From: Candidatus Omnitrophota bacterium
GTDB lineage: Bacteria; Omnitrophota; Gorgyraeia; Tantalellales; Tantalellaceae
Reading direction: 5' to 3'
Assembly (NCBI GenBank): GCA_028715965.1
Contig: JAQUQS010000004.1
Coordinates: 1 to 59,962, forward strand
Length of the DNA stretch: 59,962 nt
Below are positions 37,784-49,240 of the stretch, piece after piece (position 1 is the stretch's first letter; each line of letters starts with the position of its first letter). Below the pieces are notes generated by a model, which was not told where the DNA came from, did no database searches, and worked only from the letters and a program-made list of their open reading frames with translations. The translations under genes were made by a program, and so were the position numbers.

Positions 37784-39292
37784 ATGGTCATAAGAGCGGT
37801 CCTATGTATGTGTGTTACGGTCGTTTTTCTGTCGGGCGGAACCGTTCACGCAAAGAACGCCGATCTTGCCGGTAGCTGGTATACGGATTCCCCGGCATTT
37901 CTCAAAAAAGAGCTGGATACCTATATGTCCCAGGCGGATGTGCAGGATGTGGATGGCGAGGTCTACGCTGTTCTTGTTCCGCACGCGGGACTTAAGTTCT
38001 CCGGTCCGGTTGCGGCGTACGCGTATAAATTGCTCCAGAAAGCGGGCCCGGAAGTTGTTATAGTCGTTGGTTTCACGCACAGGCTTTTCGCCCCGGGTAC
38101 CATAGCGGTCCTTGACGATGATCGTATCGTTACGCCTTTGGGGGATATCGAGATCGATAAGGAGTTAACAGGGAAGCTCATATCGTCCGGCCCGAAATTC
38201 ATCGGCAGTAAAGATATTTTTGATTCCGAGAATTCCATTGAGATGCAGTTCCCGTTCATAAAACACGCGTTACCTGGCACCAAGGCGGTCTTCGTCGCCA
38301 TGGAAGACCAGGGACTGAAGAGCTGTGAGTCCCTGATCAACGCGTTATATGATGTTATCAAGGGCTCGGAGAAGAAGATGATCGTGATAGCGTCCAGCGA
38401 TATGAGCCATTATCTGCCATATGATGTGGGAGATAAGATAGACGCTATGACCACAGAGGTGATCCGGCAAATGGACCCTGCAAAGTTCTACGGGTTCAAT
38501 ATGCTCAATGAACAGCAGCTGATGTGTGGTTATGGGGCCGCGTACACCGTGATGTCACTGGCAAAGCAGCTTGGCGCGAATAAATTCCTTGTATTGGAAC
38601 GAGCTAATTCCGGGGACACATCAGGAGTAAAGGAAAAGGTGGTGGGATATTTGAGCGGGGCATTTGTGCGAGTGGCGGAAGACAAGGTCGCGGACCCGGT
38701 GGCGGTGGTCTCGATACAGGATAAGGCGGAGGGGGGAGATATGCTTAACGCGGGCGAGAGAAAAGAGCTTTTAAAGATAGCCAGGGATTCCATAGGGCAT
38801 TACCTCAAGACAGGGCGCCGCTATGAGCCCGTGGTCGATGACGCTGATCTGGGGGAGGAGATGGGGGCGTTTGTCACACTTCACGAGAATGGTGAGCTTC
38901 GGGGATGTATCGGGAATATGATGGCCCGGGGGCCACTTTATCTTACGGTCAGGGATATGGCGGTTGCGGCGGCTACGGAGGACCCACGTTTCCACGCGGT
39001 CAAAGAGGGGGAGCTTGCGGCCATTGATATCGAGATATCCGTGCTATCTCCCCTGCGTAAGGTGGCCAGTGCTGATGAGGTCGAGGTAGGGAAACATGGT
39101 GTGCTGGTGCGTATGGGGCCAAGGAGCGGTGTATATCTTCCGCAGGTGGCTACGGAGACCGGATGGGGTAAGGAAGAGTTCATGAACAGTCTCTGCGGAC
39201 AGAAGGCCGGGATACCGTATGACGCTTGGAAGACGGGGAAATGCGAGATATACGTTTTTACCGCGGAAGTTTTTGGTGAAAAACAAGAATGA
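37784..39292 (+). CDS. AmmeMemoRadiSam protein B (MEMO) - protein A (AMMECR1) fusion
   Basis: AGSWY, PHAG, ENSIEMQ, ASSDMSHY, CG (MEMO); GAFVTL, LRGCIG, DPRF, EISVLSP, YLPQVA (AMMECR1). Confidence 0.92.
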   Translation: MVIRAVLCMCVTVVFLSGGTVHAKNADLAGSWYTDSPAFLKKELDTYMSQADVQDVDGEVYAVLVPHAGLKFSGPVAAYAYKLLQKAGPEVVIVVGFTHRLFAPGTIAVLDDDRIVTPLGDIEIDKELTGKLISSGPKFIGSKDIFDSENSIEMQFPFIKHALPGTKAVFVAMEDQGLKSCESLINALYDVIKGSEKKMIVIASSDMSHYLPYDVGDKIDAMTTEVIRQMDPAKFYGFNMLNEQQLMCGYGAAYTVMSLAKQLGANKFLVLERANSGDTSGVKEKVVGYLSGAFVRVAEDKVADPVAVVSIQDKAEGGDMLNAGERKELLKIARDSIGHYLKTGRRYEPVVDDADLGEEMGAFVTLHENGELRGCIGNMMARGPLYLTVRDMAVAAATEDPRFHAVKEGELAAIDIEISVLSPLRKVASADEVEVGKHGVLVRMGPRSGVYLPQVATETGWGKEEFMNSLCGQKAGIPYDAWKTGKCEIYVFTAEVFGEKQE

Positions 39293-39326
39293 ACATGTGG
39301 ACGTGTCCAGGTAAGGGGTCGCCCTG

Positions 39327-40067
39327 ATGAGCAGGTTTTACGCTCCAAAAGAGAACATAGGCGAAAAAGACATACTTATTGACGGTAATGAGGCGCATCA
39401 TATACTGGACGTTATGCGTCTTGTGGAGAGCGATAAAGTGGTCGTTTTCGATGGTACCGGCGCCGAATATACGGGGTTCATAAAGACCGTGGACGAAAGG
39501 GCGAAGCGTCTTATCGTGGAGATAATCAAAATGGAAAAGCCACTGCCGGATAAGATGCCCGATGTGACCCTGGCGCAGTCTGTGCCCAAAAAGAACAAAA
39601 TGGACCTTATCGTCGAAAAGGCCACGGAATTGGGGGTCAGCCATATGATCCCACTTGTAACGGCGAGGACGATAGTCCGCCCTGATGAAGGTTCCTCGAA
39701 ACGTAAGGAGGAAAGGTGGCGCAAGATAGCGGTAGAGGCCGCTAAGCAATGCGGCAGGACAAATGTCCCGGAAATTGCCGCGACCGTCCTCTATAACGAT
39801 CTAGTTGCCGATCTCGCGCGGTACGATGTGATCCTCCTGGCGTATCTGGGACCCGATACGATACCTTTGCGACAGGCTATAGAAGATATCGGTAAGGGAA
39901 GCATACTCGTGCTTGTCGGACCGGAAGGGGATTTTACTCAAGATGAGATAACGGCCGCGTTGTGTAATGAGCATTGCAGGTCCGTTTCCCTGGGGCCAAG
40001 GGTGCTGAAAAGTGATACTGCGGCCCTTTTCATTCTTTCCGCTATAGGGTGCCGGTATTCCATATGA
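39327..40067 (+). CDS. rsmE: 16S rRNA m3U1498 methyltransferase
   Basis: HHILDVMR, EKATELGV, EAAKQCGR, VGPEGDF, LGPRVLKSDTA. Confidence 0.95.
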   Translation: MSRFYAPKENIGEKDILIDGNEAHHILDVMRLVESDKVVVFDGTGAEYTGFIKTVDERAKRLIVEIIKMEKPLPDKMPDVTLAQSVPKKNKMDLIVEKATELGVSHMIPLVTARTIVRPDEGSSKRKEERWRKIAVEAAKQCGRTNVPEIAATVLYNDLVADLARYDVILLAYLGPDTIPLRQAIEDIGKGSILVLVGPEGDFTQDEITAALCNEHCRSVSLGPRVLKSDTAALFILSAIGCRYSI

Positions 40068-40095
40068 CGCTATTCAAGATAAGGTCTGTCAACCC

Positions 40096-41376
40096 ATGAG
40101 AACATTCAGATTCGCTTTAAAGACTTTCGGCTGTAAGGTCAACCAGTATGAAGAGCAGCTTATGCGGGAAGGCTTCGTGAAGTACGGGTGGGAAGAGACC
40201 GGGACGGATGAAGCTGATGTGCTCGTTGTCAACTCGTGTACGGTAACCGGGCAGGCGGAGGTGAAAGCGAGGCGTTACCTGAAACGTGTAAAACGTGATA
40301 ATCCTGATATACGGATATTCTTTACGGGATGTTACGCGGTCCTTCCCGAGGATATACGAACATTGAATGGTATTAGCGAGATACATAGCGTTATTCCCGG
40401 CGGTGAGAAGGGAAATATAGTCCCAATGATAGTCAGGGATCTGTCCGGGGAGTGTGTGGGCGCGGTCAACGCGGGCATATCCGGGTTCGGTACCCATACA
40501 CGCGCTTTTATCAAGGTGCAGGATGGATGTGACCAGAAATGCGCGTATTGCAAGGTTAACATTGTTCGTGGCCCATCCCGCTCCAGGGGTATTGATGAGA
40601 TAGTGGCCGAGGTGGAAAGGCTTCTTGAGAGAGGGTATCGGGAAATGGTTATCACCGGGATATGCCTCGGGCTTTGGCGTGGTAATGGGGGCGAGCGTCT
40701 TGACCATCTATTGAGGGAGATACTCCGTATAAAGGGAAGGTACAGGATAAGATTGAGCTCCCTGGAGCCCAACCATGTGGACGAGGAGCTTTTGGACGTA
40801 TTGTCGGGAGATGAAAGGTTGTGCCGGCATCTCCATATCCCGCTGCAAAGCGGTTCGGACCATATCCTGGGGGCCATGGGGCGTAGGTATACTGTGCGTG
40901 ATTATGCCCGCAGGATCGAGCATATCCGGAAGGTCATGCCGTCCGCGGGAATAACTATGGATGTTATATCCTCATTTCCGGGGGAAACGGAGGACGACCA
41001 TCGGAACACACGCGATTTTCTTCATGAAATATCTCCATCCCGTTTGCATGTTTTCCGTTTTAGTGAACGTCCCGGCACGAAAGCGGCCAGTATGTCCTTC
41101 AAGGTACCTGTTGATGTAGCCAAACAACGCGTGAACGAACTTATTGAACTCGGAGAAGGGTTTAAAGATAGATTTTGTCGTTCATTTATAGGTACCCCGG
41201 TAGATGTGCTGTTGGAAAAACAGGAAAAGGGAGGGATGCTTGAGGGATATACAGGTGAATACGTGAGAGTGGTCTTGTCCGGATATAACTCTTGCATTGG
41301 GGATATTATTCGGGTCACTCCGACAAAAGCTGAAAAACGAATAGAACCAAGCCTAATTTGCGCTAAACCAGCGTAA
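40096..41376 (+). CDS. mtaB: tRNA ms2t6A37 methylthiotransferase
   Basis: GCKVNQYE, NSCTVT, QDGCDQKCAYC, HVFRFSERPGT. Confidence 0.92.
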   Translation: MRTFRFALKTFGCKVNQYEEQLMREGFVKYGWEETGTDEADVLVVNSCTVTGQAEVKARRYLKRVKRDNPDIRIFFTGCYAVLPEDIRTLNGISEIHSVIPGGEKGNIVPMIVRDLSGECVGAVNAGISGFGTHTRAFIKVQDGCDQKCAYCKVNIVRGPSRSRGIDEIVAEVERLLERGYREMVITGICLGLWRGNGGERLDHLLREILRIKGRYRIRLSSLEPNHVDEELLDVLSGDERLCRHLHIPLQSGSDHILGAMGRRYTVRDYARRIEHIRKVMPSAGITMDVISSFPGETEDDHRNTRDFLHEISPSRLHVFRFSERPGTKAASMSFKVPVDVAKQRVNELIELGEGFKDRFCRSFIGTPVDVLLEKQEKGGMLEGYTGEYVRVVLSGYNSCIGDIIRVTPTKAEKRIEPSLICAKPA

Positions 41377-41472
41377 TATACTATGTATAAATAAGTTACA
41401 TAAATTACGCGCTCGCCTTACTTTGTTAATTTTGAAAAAGTTTAAATTTTATGAAACTATCCATCGGGTGGT

Positions 41473-41501
41473 TTGACATCTATTTTTTTATATGATATAC
41501 T
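41473..41501 (+). promoter_or_regulatory. Consensus sigma70 promoter upstream of the cvpA-NIF3-dnaG-rpoD run
   Basis: TTGACA-N17-TATACT with an extended TG. Confidence 0.7.
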
Positions 41502-41527
41502 TCTTTTTCAGCTTATAAGGGGTAGAA

Positions 41528-42082
41528 TTGCCTGTCTTTTTGGAGAAGATCACCATATTTGAGATATTTTACATAATCCTTTTATCAGGAATGGTTTATA
41601 AGGGCACAAGGTCCGGCATCAGTGCGCAGATCATTTCTTTGATAGGATGGGTGGTGTTGGTTTTTTGTTCTCTGGGTTATTATGAATATCTCTCCAAAGC
41701 GATATTCGGTTTTATGCTTCAGGATTGGGCAAAGCCGCTATCCTTTTTCGCGTTGGCAATGGTACCGTTCATAATCATAAAGATCATTGAGAAGATGATC
41801 ATAGCGGCGGCAGGCGAAGAGCTTTCACTCTTAGAAAGAATAGGCGGCGCGTTCGTGTCGGCGATACGGGCTCTGGTGATTTTCGGCATGATCGGCATAC
41901 AGATACTGCTTATGCCGATGGAGCAGGCTAAGACATTTTTGCTGGAGAAGACACCTACGGCGCTTTTTTTCGTGAATATCGATGTGGACATATATAGTTG
42001 GCTCACGGGCCTTACCGGTATAAAAAAGAATATCGACTCCGAGGATGTCATGATGACATTGCTCGGGGAAAAGGATAAGTAA
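41528..42082 (+). CDS. CvpA/colicin V production family membrane protein
   Basis: Four TM helices; KGTRSGISAQIISL and ERIGGAFVSAIR patterns. Confidence 0.75.
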   Translation: MPVFLEKITIFEIFYIILLSGMVYKGTRSGISAQIISLIGWVVLVFCSLGYYEYLSKAIFGFMLQDWAKPLSFFALAMVPFIIIKIIEKMIIAAAGEELSLLERIGGAFVSAIRALVIFGMIGIQILLMPMEQAKTFLLEKTPTALFFVNIDVDIYSWLTGLTGIKKNIDSEDVMMTLLGEKDK

Positions 42083-42096
42083 AAAGGGAGTGTGCG

Positions 42097-43050
42097 GTGA
42101 AGTTAAGGACATTTTATGAGCTGGCGGTCAAAAAAGGCATGAAAGCCGATATGCGGAAGGACAATCAGGTAAAAGCGACTCTTTCCGGTGCCCGCAGTGA
42201 GTATAAAAAGGCTAAAGGTGTGGATAGGCGTTATTTCGATAAGGCTGCGTTATCTAACCCCTACTATGATACGCGTATCTTATCGGGAACGGGCGAAGAA
42301 GAGGTCTGTACCGTTATGGCGGGGATAGACATAGATGTAGGGGAGATACTCCTTGCCGATCGTTTGCGGGAAAAAGGCGTCAAAATTGACCTCGTCGTCT
42401 CCCATCACCCGGCAGGAAGGGCATACGCCGAACTTAACAGGGTCATGGAGATACAGCCCTCTCTATGGGAACGGTATGGTTTCGATCCGGAGGTGGCGAG
42501 TAAACTGATGAAAAAACGGTCGGAAGAGGTGTCTAGGGGCATATCGGCGGCAAATCACCAGCGTGCTGTGGATGCCGCCAGGATATTGGGGATACCTTTC
42601 ATGTGTATCCATACGGCCGCCGACAACTGTGTGGCCTCTTATTTGCAGGGGATCTTCGACAAGAAAAAACCGGGCACATTGAAGAACGCGCTTGGTATAT
42701 TGAAAGCGATACCTGAGTACAAGGATGCCGTAAAGAACGGCGCGGGTCCGCATATATTGATAGGGAAGGAGACGGACAAGGCGGGACGTATATTCGTGGA
42801 TATGACCGGGGGGACCTCTGGCCCGGATAAGATGTTCAGCCGCCTCTCGCAGGCAGGTGTAAGGACGATCGTGGGAATGCATTGTAAGGAGAGCGCGTAT
42901 AAAGAGGCGTCATCCGAAATGGTGAATTATATCATAGCGGGACACATCTCCAGCGATAATCTGGGGTTGAACCTTCTTTTCGATGAGGTAGAGAAAAGTG
43001 GTAAACTGGATTTTGTCGCGTGTTCCGGTTTCAGGCGTTTTAAACGATAG
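42097..43050 (+). CDS. NIF3-like protein
   Basis: VSHHP, CIHTAADN, VGMH, AGHISSDNLG. Confidence 0.8.
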   Translation: MKLRTFYELAVKKGMKADMRKDNQVKATLSGARSEYKKAKGVDRRYFDKAALSNPYYDTRILSGTGEEEVCTVMAGIDIDVGEILLADRLREKGVKIDLVVSHHPAGRAYAELNRVMEIQPSLWERYGFDPEVASKLMKKRSEEVSRGISAANHQRAVDAARILGIPFMCIHTAADNCVASYLQGIFDKKKPGTLKNALGILKAIPEYKDAVKNGAGPHILIGKETDKAGRIFVDMTGGTSGPDKMFSRLSQAGVRTIVGMHCKESAYKEASSEMVNYIIAGHISSDNLGLNLLFDEVEKSGKLDFVACSGFRRFKR

Positions 43051-43064
43051 TGGTGTGAGCATAT

Positions 43065-44840
43065 ATGGGCAGGATCAAACAGGAAATAATAGACCAAATA
43101 CTTGACCGGCTTGATATTGTTGAGGTCATAGGGGAGTTCGTGCCCCTGAAGAAGACCGGAGGGAGTTTTAAGGCCTGTTGTCCGTTCCATAATGAGAAGA
43201 CCCCGTCTTTTGTTGTCAGCCCCGAGAAACAGATATACCATTGTTTCGGGTGTGGCGCGGGTGGGAACGCTATAGGGTTCGTGATGAAGTATGAGAACCT
43301 TAGCTTTCCTGAGGCCGTGCGGGTCCTGGCCCCGAAGGCCGGCGTAGAGGTCCCTGAGACAAGTGAGCAAGAGAATGTTACTGATTCGATCGCAACTAAA
43401 TTGCACGAAATGAACCAGATAGCCGCGAGTTTTTTCCAGAGCAACCTGCGCGGACAGTCCGGCCATGGGGCTTTACAGTATCTGAAGGACCGAGGGCTCA
43501 ATCCTGAAACGTTGACCACATTCCGCATAGGATATGCCCCGGAAGGATGGGAAAACCTGCGTAAATACTGCGAAAAAAAGGGAATTTCCCATGATCTTCT
43601 TCGTCAGGCCGGGTTGACCATACCCAGCGAGAAAGGCAAAAGCGATTACGACAGGTTCAGGAACCGCGTGATATATCCGGTTTTTAACGAACGGGGGAAG
43701 ATCATAGCTTTCGGGGGCAGGGTAATGGACGATTCCCTCCCTAAATATATAAATTCCCCTGAAACCATCATATATAACAAGAGCAGGACCCTGTACGGCC
43801 TTAATTTCGCCAGAAGGGCCATAAGGGAGAATGGTTTTGTCATCATGGTAGAAGGCTATATGGACGTGGTGATGCCGGCACAGTTCGGGGTCAATAACGT
43901 CGTGGCTACTTCCGGCACCGCTTTGACGATACAACAGGTAAGCATGATCAAGAAATATACGGATACGGTGGTCATGGTATATGATTCCGACCAGGCGGGG
44001 GAATCGGCTAGCCTGAGGGGCCTGGATATATTGCTTGAGAATGGAATGAAGGTGCGTGTGGCCCGCCTTCCTAAGGGAGAGGACCCGGATAGTTTTTCTC
44101 GTAAGAACGGCGGAGAGGCTTTCCTGAAAGCGGCGCGGGAAGCAAAGGAACTTTTTGACTACAAGCTGGATCTTTTGATAGAGAAGCTTGGGGCCTCGGA
44201 TGTGGCCGGCATAGCCAGCGAGATGCTCCCGACGATCGCGAAGGCCGAGAACTATGTGCAGCGGTCCGATTATCTTAAGCGACTGGGACAGCGGCTAGGG
44301 GTGCATGAATCGGCCCTGCAGCATGAGCTTAAAAAGGTGAAGGATTATTCATATCGGTTCACCGCGGATAAAAAAAAGACGGATGAAAAAAGGGACCTGT
44401 ATAACAGCGGAGAACTACATCTTCTGGGCCTGGCGATATCCTCCCGGTCCATGTTCGAGTCCATTGAGAACGATCTGGGACTGGACAGGTTCACGGACAA
44501 CAATATAAAAAAGGCCCTCATGGCCCTTAAACAAATGATGGATGAGGGCGGTACCGTGAACGTGACCCCGGGTAAGTTCCTGAGCCGGATAGAAGAGGAC
44601 GAAGGCGTTAAGAACGCGGTCATCGCGGCTATCAGGAACTCAGATATAGGTGGCGAGCCGGAAAAGGTCTTGAAAGACTGTATCTTTCGTATGCGCGAAG
44701 ACGAGTTCCAGGCTAAATACGCTCTTTTGCAGGATAAGTTGCGGGGAGCTAAGGATAACGGGGAAATGTTGCTCTTGATGAAGAAAATGAAGGACCTAAA
44801 AGAAGAGATCAAGAAGATACATAAAGAAAAGGTGGCGTAA
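43065..44840 (+). CDS. dnaG: DNA primase
   Basis: [11 protein letters not shown] zinc finger, [28 protein letters not shown]. Confidence 0.98.
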   Translation: MGRIKQEIIDQILDRLDIVEVIGEFVPLKKTGGSFKACCPFHNEKTPSFVVSPEKQIYHCFGCGAGGNAIGFVMKYENLSFPEAVRVLAPKAGVEVPETSEQENVTDSIATKLHEMNQIAASFFQSNLRGQSGHGALQYLKDRGLNPETLTTFRIGYAPEGWENLRKYCEKKGISHDLLRQAGLTIPSEKGKSDYDRFRNRVIYPVFNERGKIIAFGGRVMDDSLPKYINSPETIIYNKSRTLYGLNFARRAIRENGFVIMVEGYMDVVMPAQFGVNNVVATSGTALTIQQVSMIKKYTDTVVMVYDSDQAGESASLRGLDILLENGMKVRVARLPKGEDPDSFSRKNGGEAFLKAAREAKELFDYKLDLLIEKLGASDVAGIASEMLPTIAKAENYVQRSDYLKRLGQRLGVHESALQHELKKVKDYSYRFTADKKKTDEKRDLYNSGELHLLGLAISSRSMFESIENDLGLDRFTDNNIKKALMALKQMMDEGGTVNVTPGKFLSRIEEDEGVKNAVIAAIRNSDIGGEPEKVLKDCIFRMREDEFQAKYALLQDKLRGAKDNGEMLLLMKKMKDLKEEIKKIHKEKVA

Positions 44841-44844
44841 TATC

Positions 44845-46467
44845 ATGCCGAGAAAAAAGAAGATAATGAAAGCCGCGGGCGAAAAGGTGCGCGATGTTGA
44901 TGTTGACGAGGTTTTCCCCGAGGATGAGGACGAGGCCCCAGCTGCCCGGTCCGCGATAGTAAGAAAACTGATCATGGCGGGTAAGGACAAGGGGTTCCTG
45001 AGCTACGATGAGGTCAATGATATCCTCCCGGAAGAAGTTGTTTCTTCAAGTGAGATAGACGAGGTCATAACGGCTTTGCAGAGCGCGGATATAAAGGTGG
45101 TCGAATCCGAAGAGGAAGTGGAAAGGATACCACTCGCGGTCAAACGTGACCAGAAGAAGATCAAGACGCGGAAATTCGTACAGATAGACGACCCGGTCAA
45201 GATGTACCTGAAACAGATGGGACAGATACCGCTCCTGAACCGCAATGAGGAACTGGAACTGGCCAAAAGGATAAAAAAGACGGAAAAGGATTTCAAGGAC
45301 ATAGTCTTCCAGATTAAGCTCGGGCGGGAGATGGTCATAGGCAGGATAGAGGAATATATGCTTAATGACTATAACCTTGATGATGTACTTGACGTAGAAC
45401 CCGGGTCAGATGTCGAAAAGGTCAAGGAACGCAAGAGCCTCCTGATCAAGCGCATCAAATTGTCCAAGAAACATGACACCATACTTAAGCTCATGAAGAA
45501 GCTAAAGGTGTCCATTTCCGTAACGGAAAAGATATCGGATGAGCTCCTGGAAATACTTAAAGAGGCCAATCTGATAAGGGCCAAACTGGAGAACCCGAGG
45601 AACGCCAGGAAGAAAAAGAACAACGCCGCGCTTAAGTCCCAGCTCCGGAAATTGCTTCGCAAGGTAGGGCGTTCGGTGGACCAGATCAAGGAGGACCAGG
45701 AAAAGATAGAGCAGATCGAGATAGAATATACGAAGGCGAAAAAAGAGCTGGTAGCGGCAAACCTGAGGCTGGTGGTCAGCATAGCCAAAAAATACACGAA
45801 TCGGGGACTTTCCTTCCTGGACCTTATACAGGAGGGGAATATGGGCCTGATGAAGGCGGTCGATAAATTCGAGTACGAGAGGGGTTATAAGTTCAGCACG
45901 TACGCGACCTGGTGGATACGGCAGGCCATAACACGTTCTATCGCGGACCAGTCGAGGACCATAAGGATCCCCGTGCATATGACGGAGACCATAAACAAGC
46001 TTGTCAGGGTCTCCAGGTCGCTCGTCCAGGAGAACGGGAGGGAGCCTACCCCTGAGGAGATCTCTTCGGCGATGAAGCTTCCGGTGGAAAAGGTACGTGG
46101 GATAATCAAGATAGCACAACATCCCATATCACTTGAGACGCCTATAGGGGATGAGGGGGACACGAGCTTTGGTGATTTTATCGAGGATAAGTCGGCAGTA
46201 TCGCCGGCGAACGCTACCGCGTACGCGATGCTCAAGGAGCAGATGGATGAGGTCCTTGAGACGCTTACGGATAGAGAACAGAAAGTGCTTACCCTGCGTT
46301 TTGGTATAGGGGACGGGTATCCCCGCACCCTCGAAGAGGTGGGGAAAATATTCAATGTTACCCGGGAGAGGGTAAGACAGATAGAGGCGAAAGCCTTGAA
46401 AAAATTAAGGCACCCGATACGCGCTAAAAAACTCAAGAACTTCCTGGATATGGGGTTCGCGGAATAG
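44845..46467 (+). CDS. rpoD: RNA polymerase primary sigma factor
   Basis: [40 protein letters not shown]...TRERVRQIE. Confidence 0.97.
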   Translation: MPRKKKIMKAAGEKVRDVDVDEVFPEDEDEAPAARSAIVRKLIMAGKDKGFLSYDEVNDILPEEVVSSSEIDEVITALQSADIKVVESEEEVERIPLAVKRDQKKIKTRKFVQIDDPVKMYLKQMGQIPLLNRNEELELAKRIKKTEKDFKDIVFQIKLGREMVIGRIEEYMLNDYNLDDVLDVEPGSDVEKVKERKSLLIKRIKLSKKHDTILKLMKKLKVSISVTEKISDELLEILKEANLIRAKLENPRNARKKKNNAALKSQLRKLLRKVGRSVDQIKEDQEKIEQIEIEYTKAKKELVAANLRLVVSIAKKYTNRGLSFLDLIQEGNMGLMKAVDKFEYERGYKFSTYATWWIRQAITRSIADQSRTIRIPVHMTETINKLVRVSRSLVQENGREPTPEEISSAMKLPVEKVRGIIKIAQHPISLETPIGDEGDTSFGDFIEDKSAVSPANATAYAMLKEQMDEVLETLTDREQKVLTLRFGIGDGYPRTLEEVGKIFNVTRERVRQIEAKALKKLRHPIRAKKLKNFLDMGFAE

Positions 46468-46501
46468 GGGCAGCAGGTCCACACAAATGGAAGGAGCCGA
46501 T

Positions 46502-46723
46502 ATGCAGGAAAAACATGTTGAGTTATTTATCCCGGGTGAGCTGAAGGAAGAACCTATAATCTGTAATATGATCCGTAACTATAAGGTGGACATAAAGATC
46601 GTGGAAGCGTCTTTCTCCACGGAAAGCGGATGGGCATATCTTATTATACACGGCGAGGAAGAGGAAATAGCGCGGATGTTCGACTATTTAGGGGACAAAG
46701 GGATCAGCATAGAAGAGCAATAA
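46502..46723 (+). CDS. NIL domain protein
   Basis: EPIICNMIRNYKVDIKIVEA...GEEEEIARMFDYL pattern; RBS AAGGAG. Confidence 0.8.
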   Translation: MQEKHVELFIPGELKEEPIICNMIRNYKVDIKIVEASFSTESGWAYLIIHGEEEEIARMFDYLGDKGISIEEQ

Positions 46724-46743
46724 CCTGGTCTCGGGCATGATCC

Positions 46744-47142
46744 ATGGATGAAATCACCAAGAAGAAGGTAGAATGCCACGATGCCCCGGCTGCCATAGGG
46801 CCTTATTCACAGGCGGTATGGGCCGGGGATCTTTGTTTTGTTTCCGGGCAGATAGCTATAGACCGGATCACCGGGGATATGGGCAAAGACGATATCCTTG
46901 AACAGACAGCCACTGTTCTGGCGAATATCTCGAACATACTCATAAGTACCGGTCTGTCCCTTGCGGATATCGTTAAAACAGAGGTTTTTTTGCGTGATAT
47001 GGGTGATTTTGCGGATATGAACGGTGTATACGAGCGTTTTTTCAGTGAAGTAGAGATAAAACCCGCCAGATATGTTGTCCAGGCCGTGAAATTACCGAAA
47101 AACGCCCGCATAGAGATAGCAGCTACCGCATATAAGCGTTGA
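46744..47142 (+). CDS. RidA/YjgF family enamine deaminase
   Basis: AIGPYSQA, VSGQI, PAR, LPKNARIEI. Confidence 0.92.
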   Translation: MDEITKKKVECHDAPAAIGPYSQAVWAGDLCFVSGQIAIDRITGDMGKDDILEQTATVLANISNILISTGLSLADIVKTEVFLRDMGDFADMNGVYERFFSEVEIKPARYVVQAVKLPKNARIEIAATAYKR

Positions 47143-47181
47143 ACAAATGACCCATGCCAGGGATCGTGAGGCCGGACATTT

Positions 47182-47916
47182 ATGAGGTTGATCAGATTTG
47201 AACATGATAATTCGATATTAGAGGGCATATTGACCCCTTCCGGAGATACGGCCACAGTTATAAGCGCCGGCCGTAAGGTCGAATACCAGCTCGATGATGT
47301 TACGCTTCTTCCTCCGTCAGCCCCTTCCAAGATAGTATGTGTGGGCCTGAATTACAGGGATCACGCGGAAGAGCTGAACATGGAAATACCGCGGGAACCG
47401 GTAATATTCATTAAGCCGGCGACGGCTGTAATAGGACCGGGTGGGACCATAATATATGAAGGCGAGGGAGAGGTCCATTATGAGGGAGAACTGGCGTTCG
47501 TTATCGGCAGGGGATCCAGGCATGTAAGGGCCGGAGCGGCATATGATCATATCAGTGGATTTTCCTGTTTTAATGACGTTACCGCCCGCGGGTTGCAGAA
47601 AAAGGATGTGCAGTGGACAAGGGCGAAATCCTTTGATACTTTCGCTCCTTTCGGTCCGTGGATCGAGACAGAACTCGACCCGTCAGATCTCGGGATACGG
47701 ACATATCTGAACGGGAACGTCGTCCAATCCTCCCGAACGTCCCGGATGATCTTCAGTGTCCCGGAAATACTGGAGTTCATAAGCGGGATAATGACACTTA
47801 TGCCTGGAGATGTCATCGCGACAGGCACACCTCCGGGGGTGGGCCCAATGGGGTCTGGGGACAAGGTAAAGGTAGAGATCGACGGTATCGGCGAGCTTGT
47901 TAATATAAGAGGCTAG
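47182..47916 (+). CDS. Fumarylacetoacetate hydrolase family protein
   Basis: KIVCVGLNY, HYEGEL, NDVTAR, AKSFDTF, GDVIATGTP. Confidence 0.93.
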   Translation: MRLIRFEHDNSILEGILTPSGDTATVISAGRKVEYQLDDVTLLPPSAPSKIVCVGLNYRDHAEELNMEIPREPVIFIKPATAVIGPGGTIIYEGEGEVHYEGELAFVIGRGSRHVRAGAAYDHISGFSCFNDVTARGLQKKDVQWTRAKSFDTFAPFGPWIETELDPSDLGIRTYLNGNVVQSSRTSRMIFSVPEILEFISGIMTLMPGDVIATGTPPGVGPMGSGDKVKVEIDGIGELVNIRG

Positions 47917-47976
47917 CCTGTTGATCCGCATGATAATAGTTGATAATAGGAAAGGTTTATAATAGGATATAGATCG

Positions 47977-48420
47977 ATGAAGATCGTTGTACAAAGGGTA
48001 ACCCGGGCCAGAGTAGTGTCTGAACCCGGGAAAGAAGAGAAAATAGGCAAGGGCATGCTTCTCCTGGTAGGGGTGGCTGTCGGCGATACGCTGGAAGATG
48101 CCGGCAGGATGGCCGCCAAGATATCCAAGTTAAGGATATTCGAGGACGAAGCCGGCAAAATGAACCTGGACATACTTCGCGCGGGGGGTGAGATCCTCAG
48201 CGTACCGCAATTTACCTTATTGGGATCCCTGGAGGACGGCAACAGGCCGGCATTTGATGGCGCCGAGGAACCGGCGAGGGCCATGGCGTTATGGGAGTAT
48301 TTCAATGAGGTCCTTCGGGGCCGAGGGCTGACGGTAAAGACGGGATCCTTTGGGAAAAAGATGTGTGTGGGGCTGGAGAATGACGGCCCGGTCACTTTTG
48401 TTCTGGATACCGCGATATGA
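47977..48420 (+). CDS. dtd: D-aminoacyl-tRNA deacylase
   Basis: VVQRV, LRIFED, PQFTL, NDGPVT. Confidence 0.95.
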   Translation: MKIVVQRVTRARVVSEPGKEEKIGKGMLLLVGVAVGDTLEDAGRMAAKISKLRIFEDEAGKMNLDILRAGGEILSVPQFTLLGSLEDGNRPAFDGAEEPARAMALWEYFNEVLRGRGLTVKTGSFGKKMCVGLENDGPVTFVLDTAI

Positions 48421-48439
48421 ACGTTCCAGGAGGTGTGAT

Positions 48440-48712
48440 ATGCGTATAAACGTGGAAAGGCCTGACAAAAAAACACTTGAAAGTATGGGTATTAAAGAAT
48501 GGCCCATATGGACGAAAGAACCCTCCCGGTTTGATTGGTCCTATGACCAGAAAGAGGTCTGTTACATACTTGAAGGCAGGGCTAAGGTGACACCTGATGG
48601 TGGTTCTCCCGCGGAGTTCGGCCCGGGAGACCTGGTCACTTTTCCCGAAGGGATGCAATGTGTATGGGATATAAGCGAAAAGATAAAAAAACATTACAGG
48701 TTCGGCTCATGA
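48440..48712 (+). CDS. Cupin (DUF861-like) protein
   Basis: WPIWTKE, EVCYILEG, GDLVTFPEG, W...IKKHY. Confidence 0.88.
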   Translation: MRINVERPDKKTLESMGIKEWPIWTKEPSRFDWSYDQKEVCYILEGRAKVTPDGGSPAEFGPGDLVTFPEGMQCVWDISEKIKKHYRFGS

Positions 48713-49197
48713 GGATCATGCTCAGGTATTCCAGCGCGCAGGTAGTGTTCCTGCTGTTATTTATGGTTGTGGTGACCATGGCCCATAGTGAGATCAGCAT
48801 GGAAGACGGGGACATGATGCTTGGGGTTCCCTTGGGCGGTTCCGGGGATGGACCGGATTATGATCTATGCCCCCAGGCTGTCAGCGTGGTGACCCAGTTC
48901 CTGAACGCGTGGCAGAGGTCGGATTACCAGACAATGTATGAGCTGATAGATGAAGAGTCGAAGGTGGACTATACGTTCGAGGACGCCAAACTGGATTTTC
49001 AGTTCGTTCCATTCAAGCCTTACACTATTAGCTCAATAAGACAGAGCGGGGATGATTTTGAGTTCATTTTGACGTATGGTAACTGGAAAAGCGGGGATAA
49101 GGCCCTGGAAAAAATGATACTAAGTGGACGAACGTTCAAGGTAAAGATGCCCACCAGGAACTCTTTTTTCAAGAAATCCCTGGACGCGTATTTTTAA
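48709..49197 (+). CDS. Exported hypothetical protein, possibly NTF2-like
   Basis: Hydrophobic N-terminus; FLNAWQRSDYQTMYEL motif. Confidence 0.6.
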   Translation: MRIMLRYSSAQVVFLLLFMVVVTMAHSEISMEDGDMMLGVPLGGSGDGPDYDLCPQAVSVVTQFLNAWQRSDYQTMYELIDEESKVDYTFEDAKLDFQFVPFKPYTISSIRQSGDDFEFILTYGNWKSGDKALEKMILSGRTFKVKMPTRNSFFKKSLDAYF

Positions 49198-49240
49198 AAC
49201 ACTTGCTTAACAACCATAAAACAGTGGAACAGGAGGAAGT

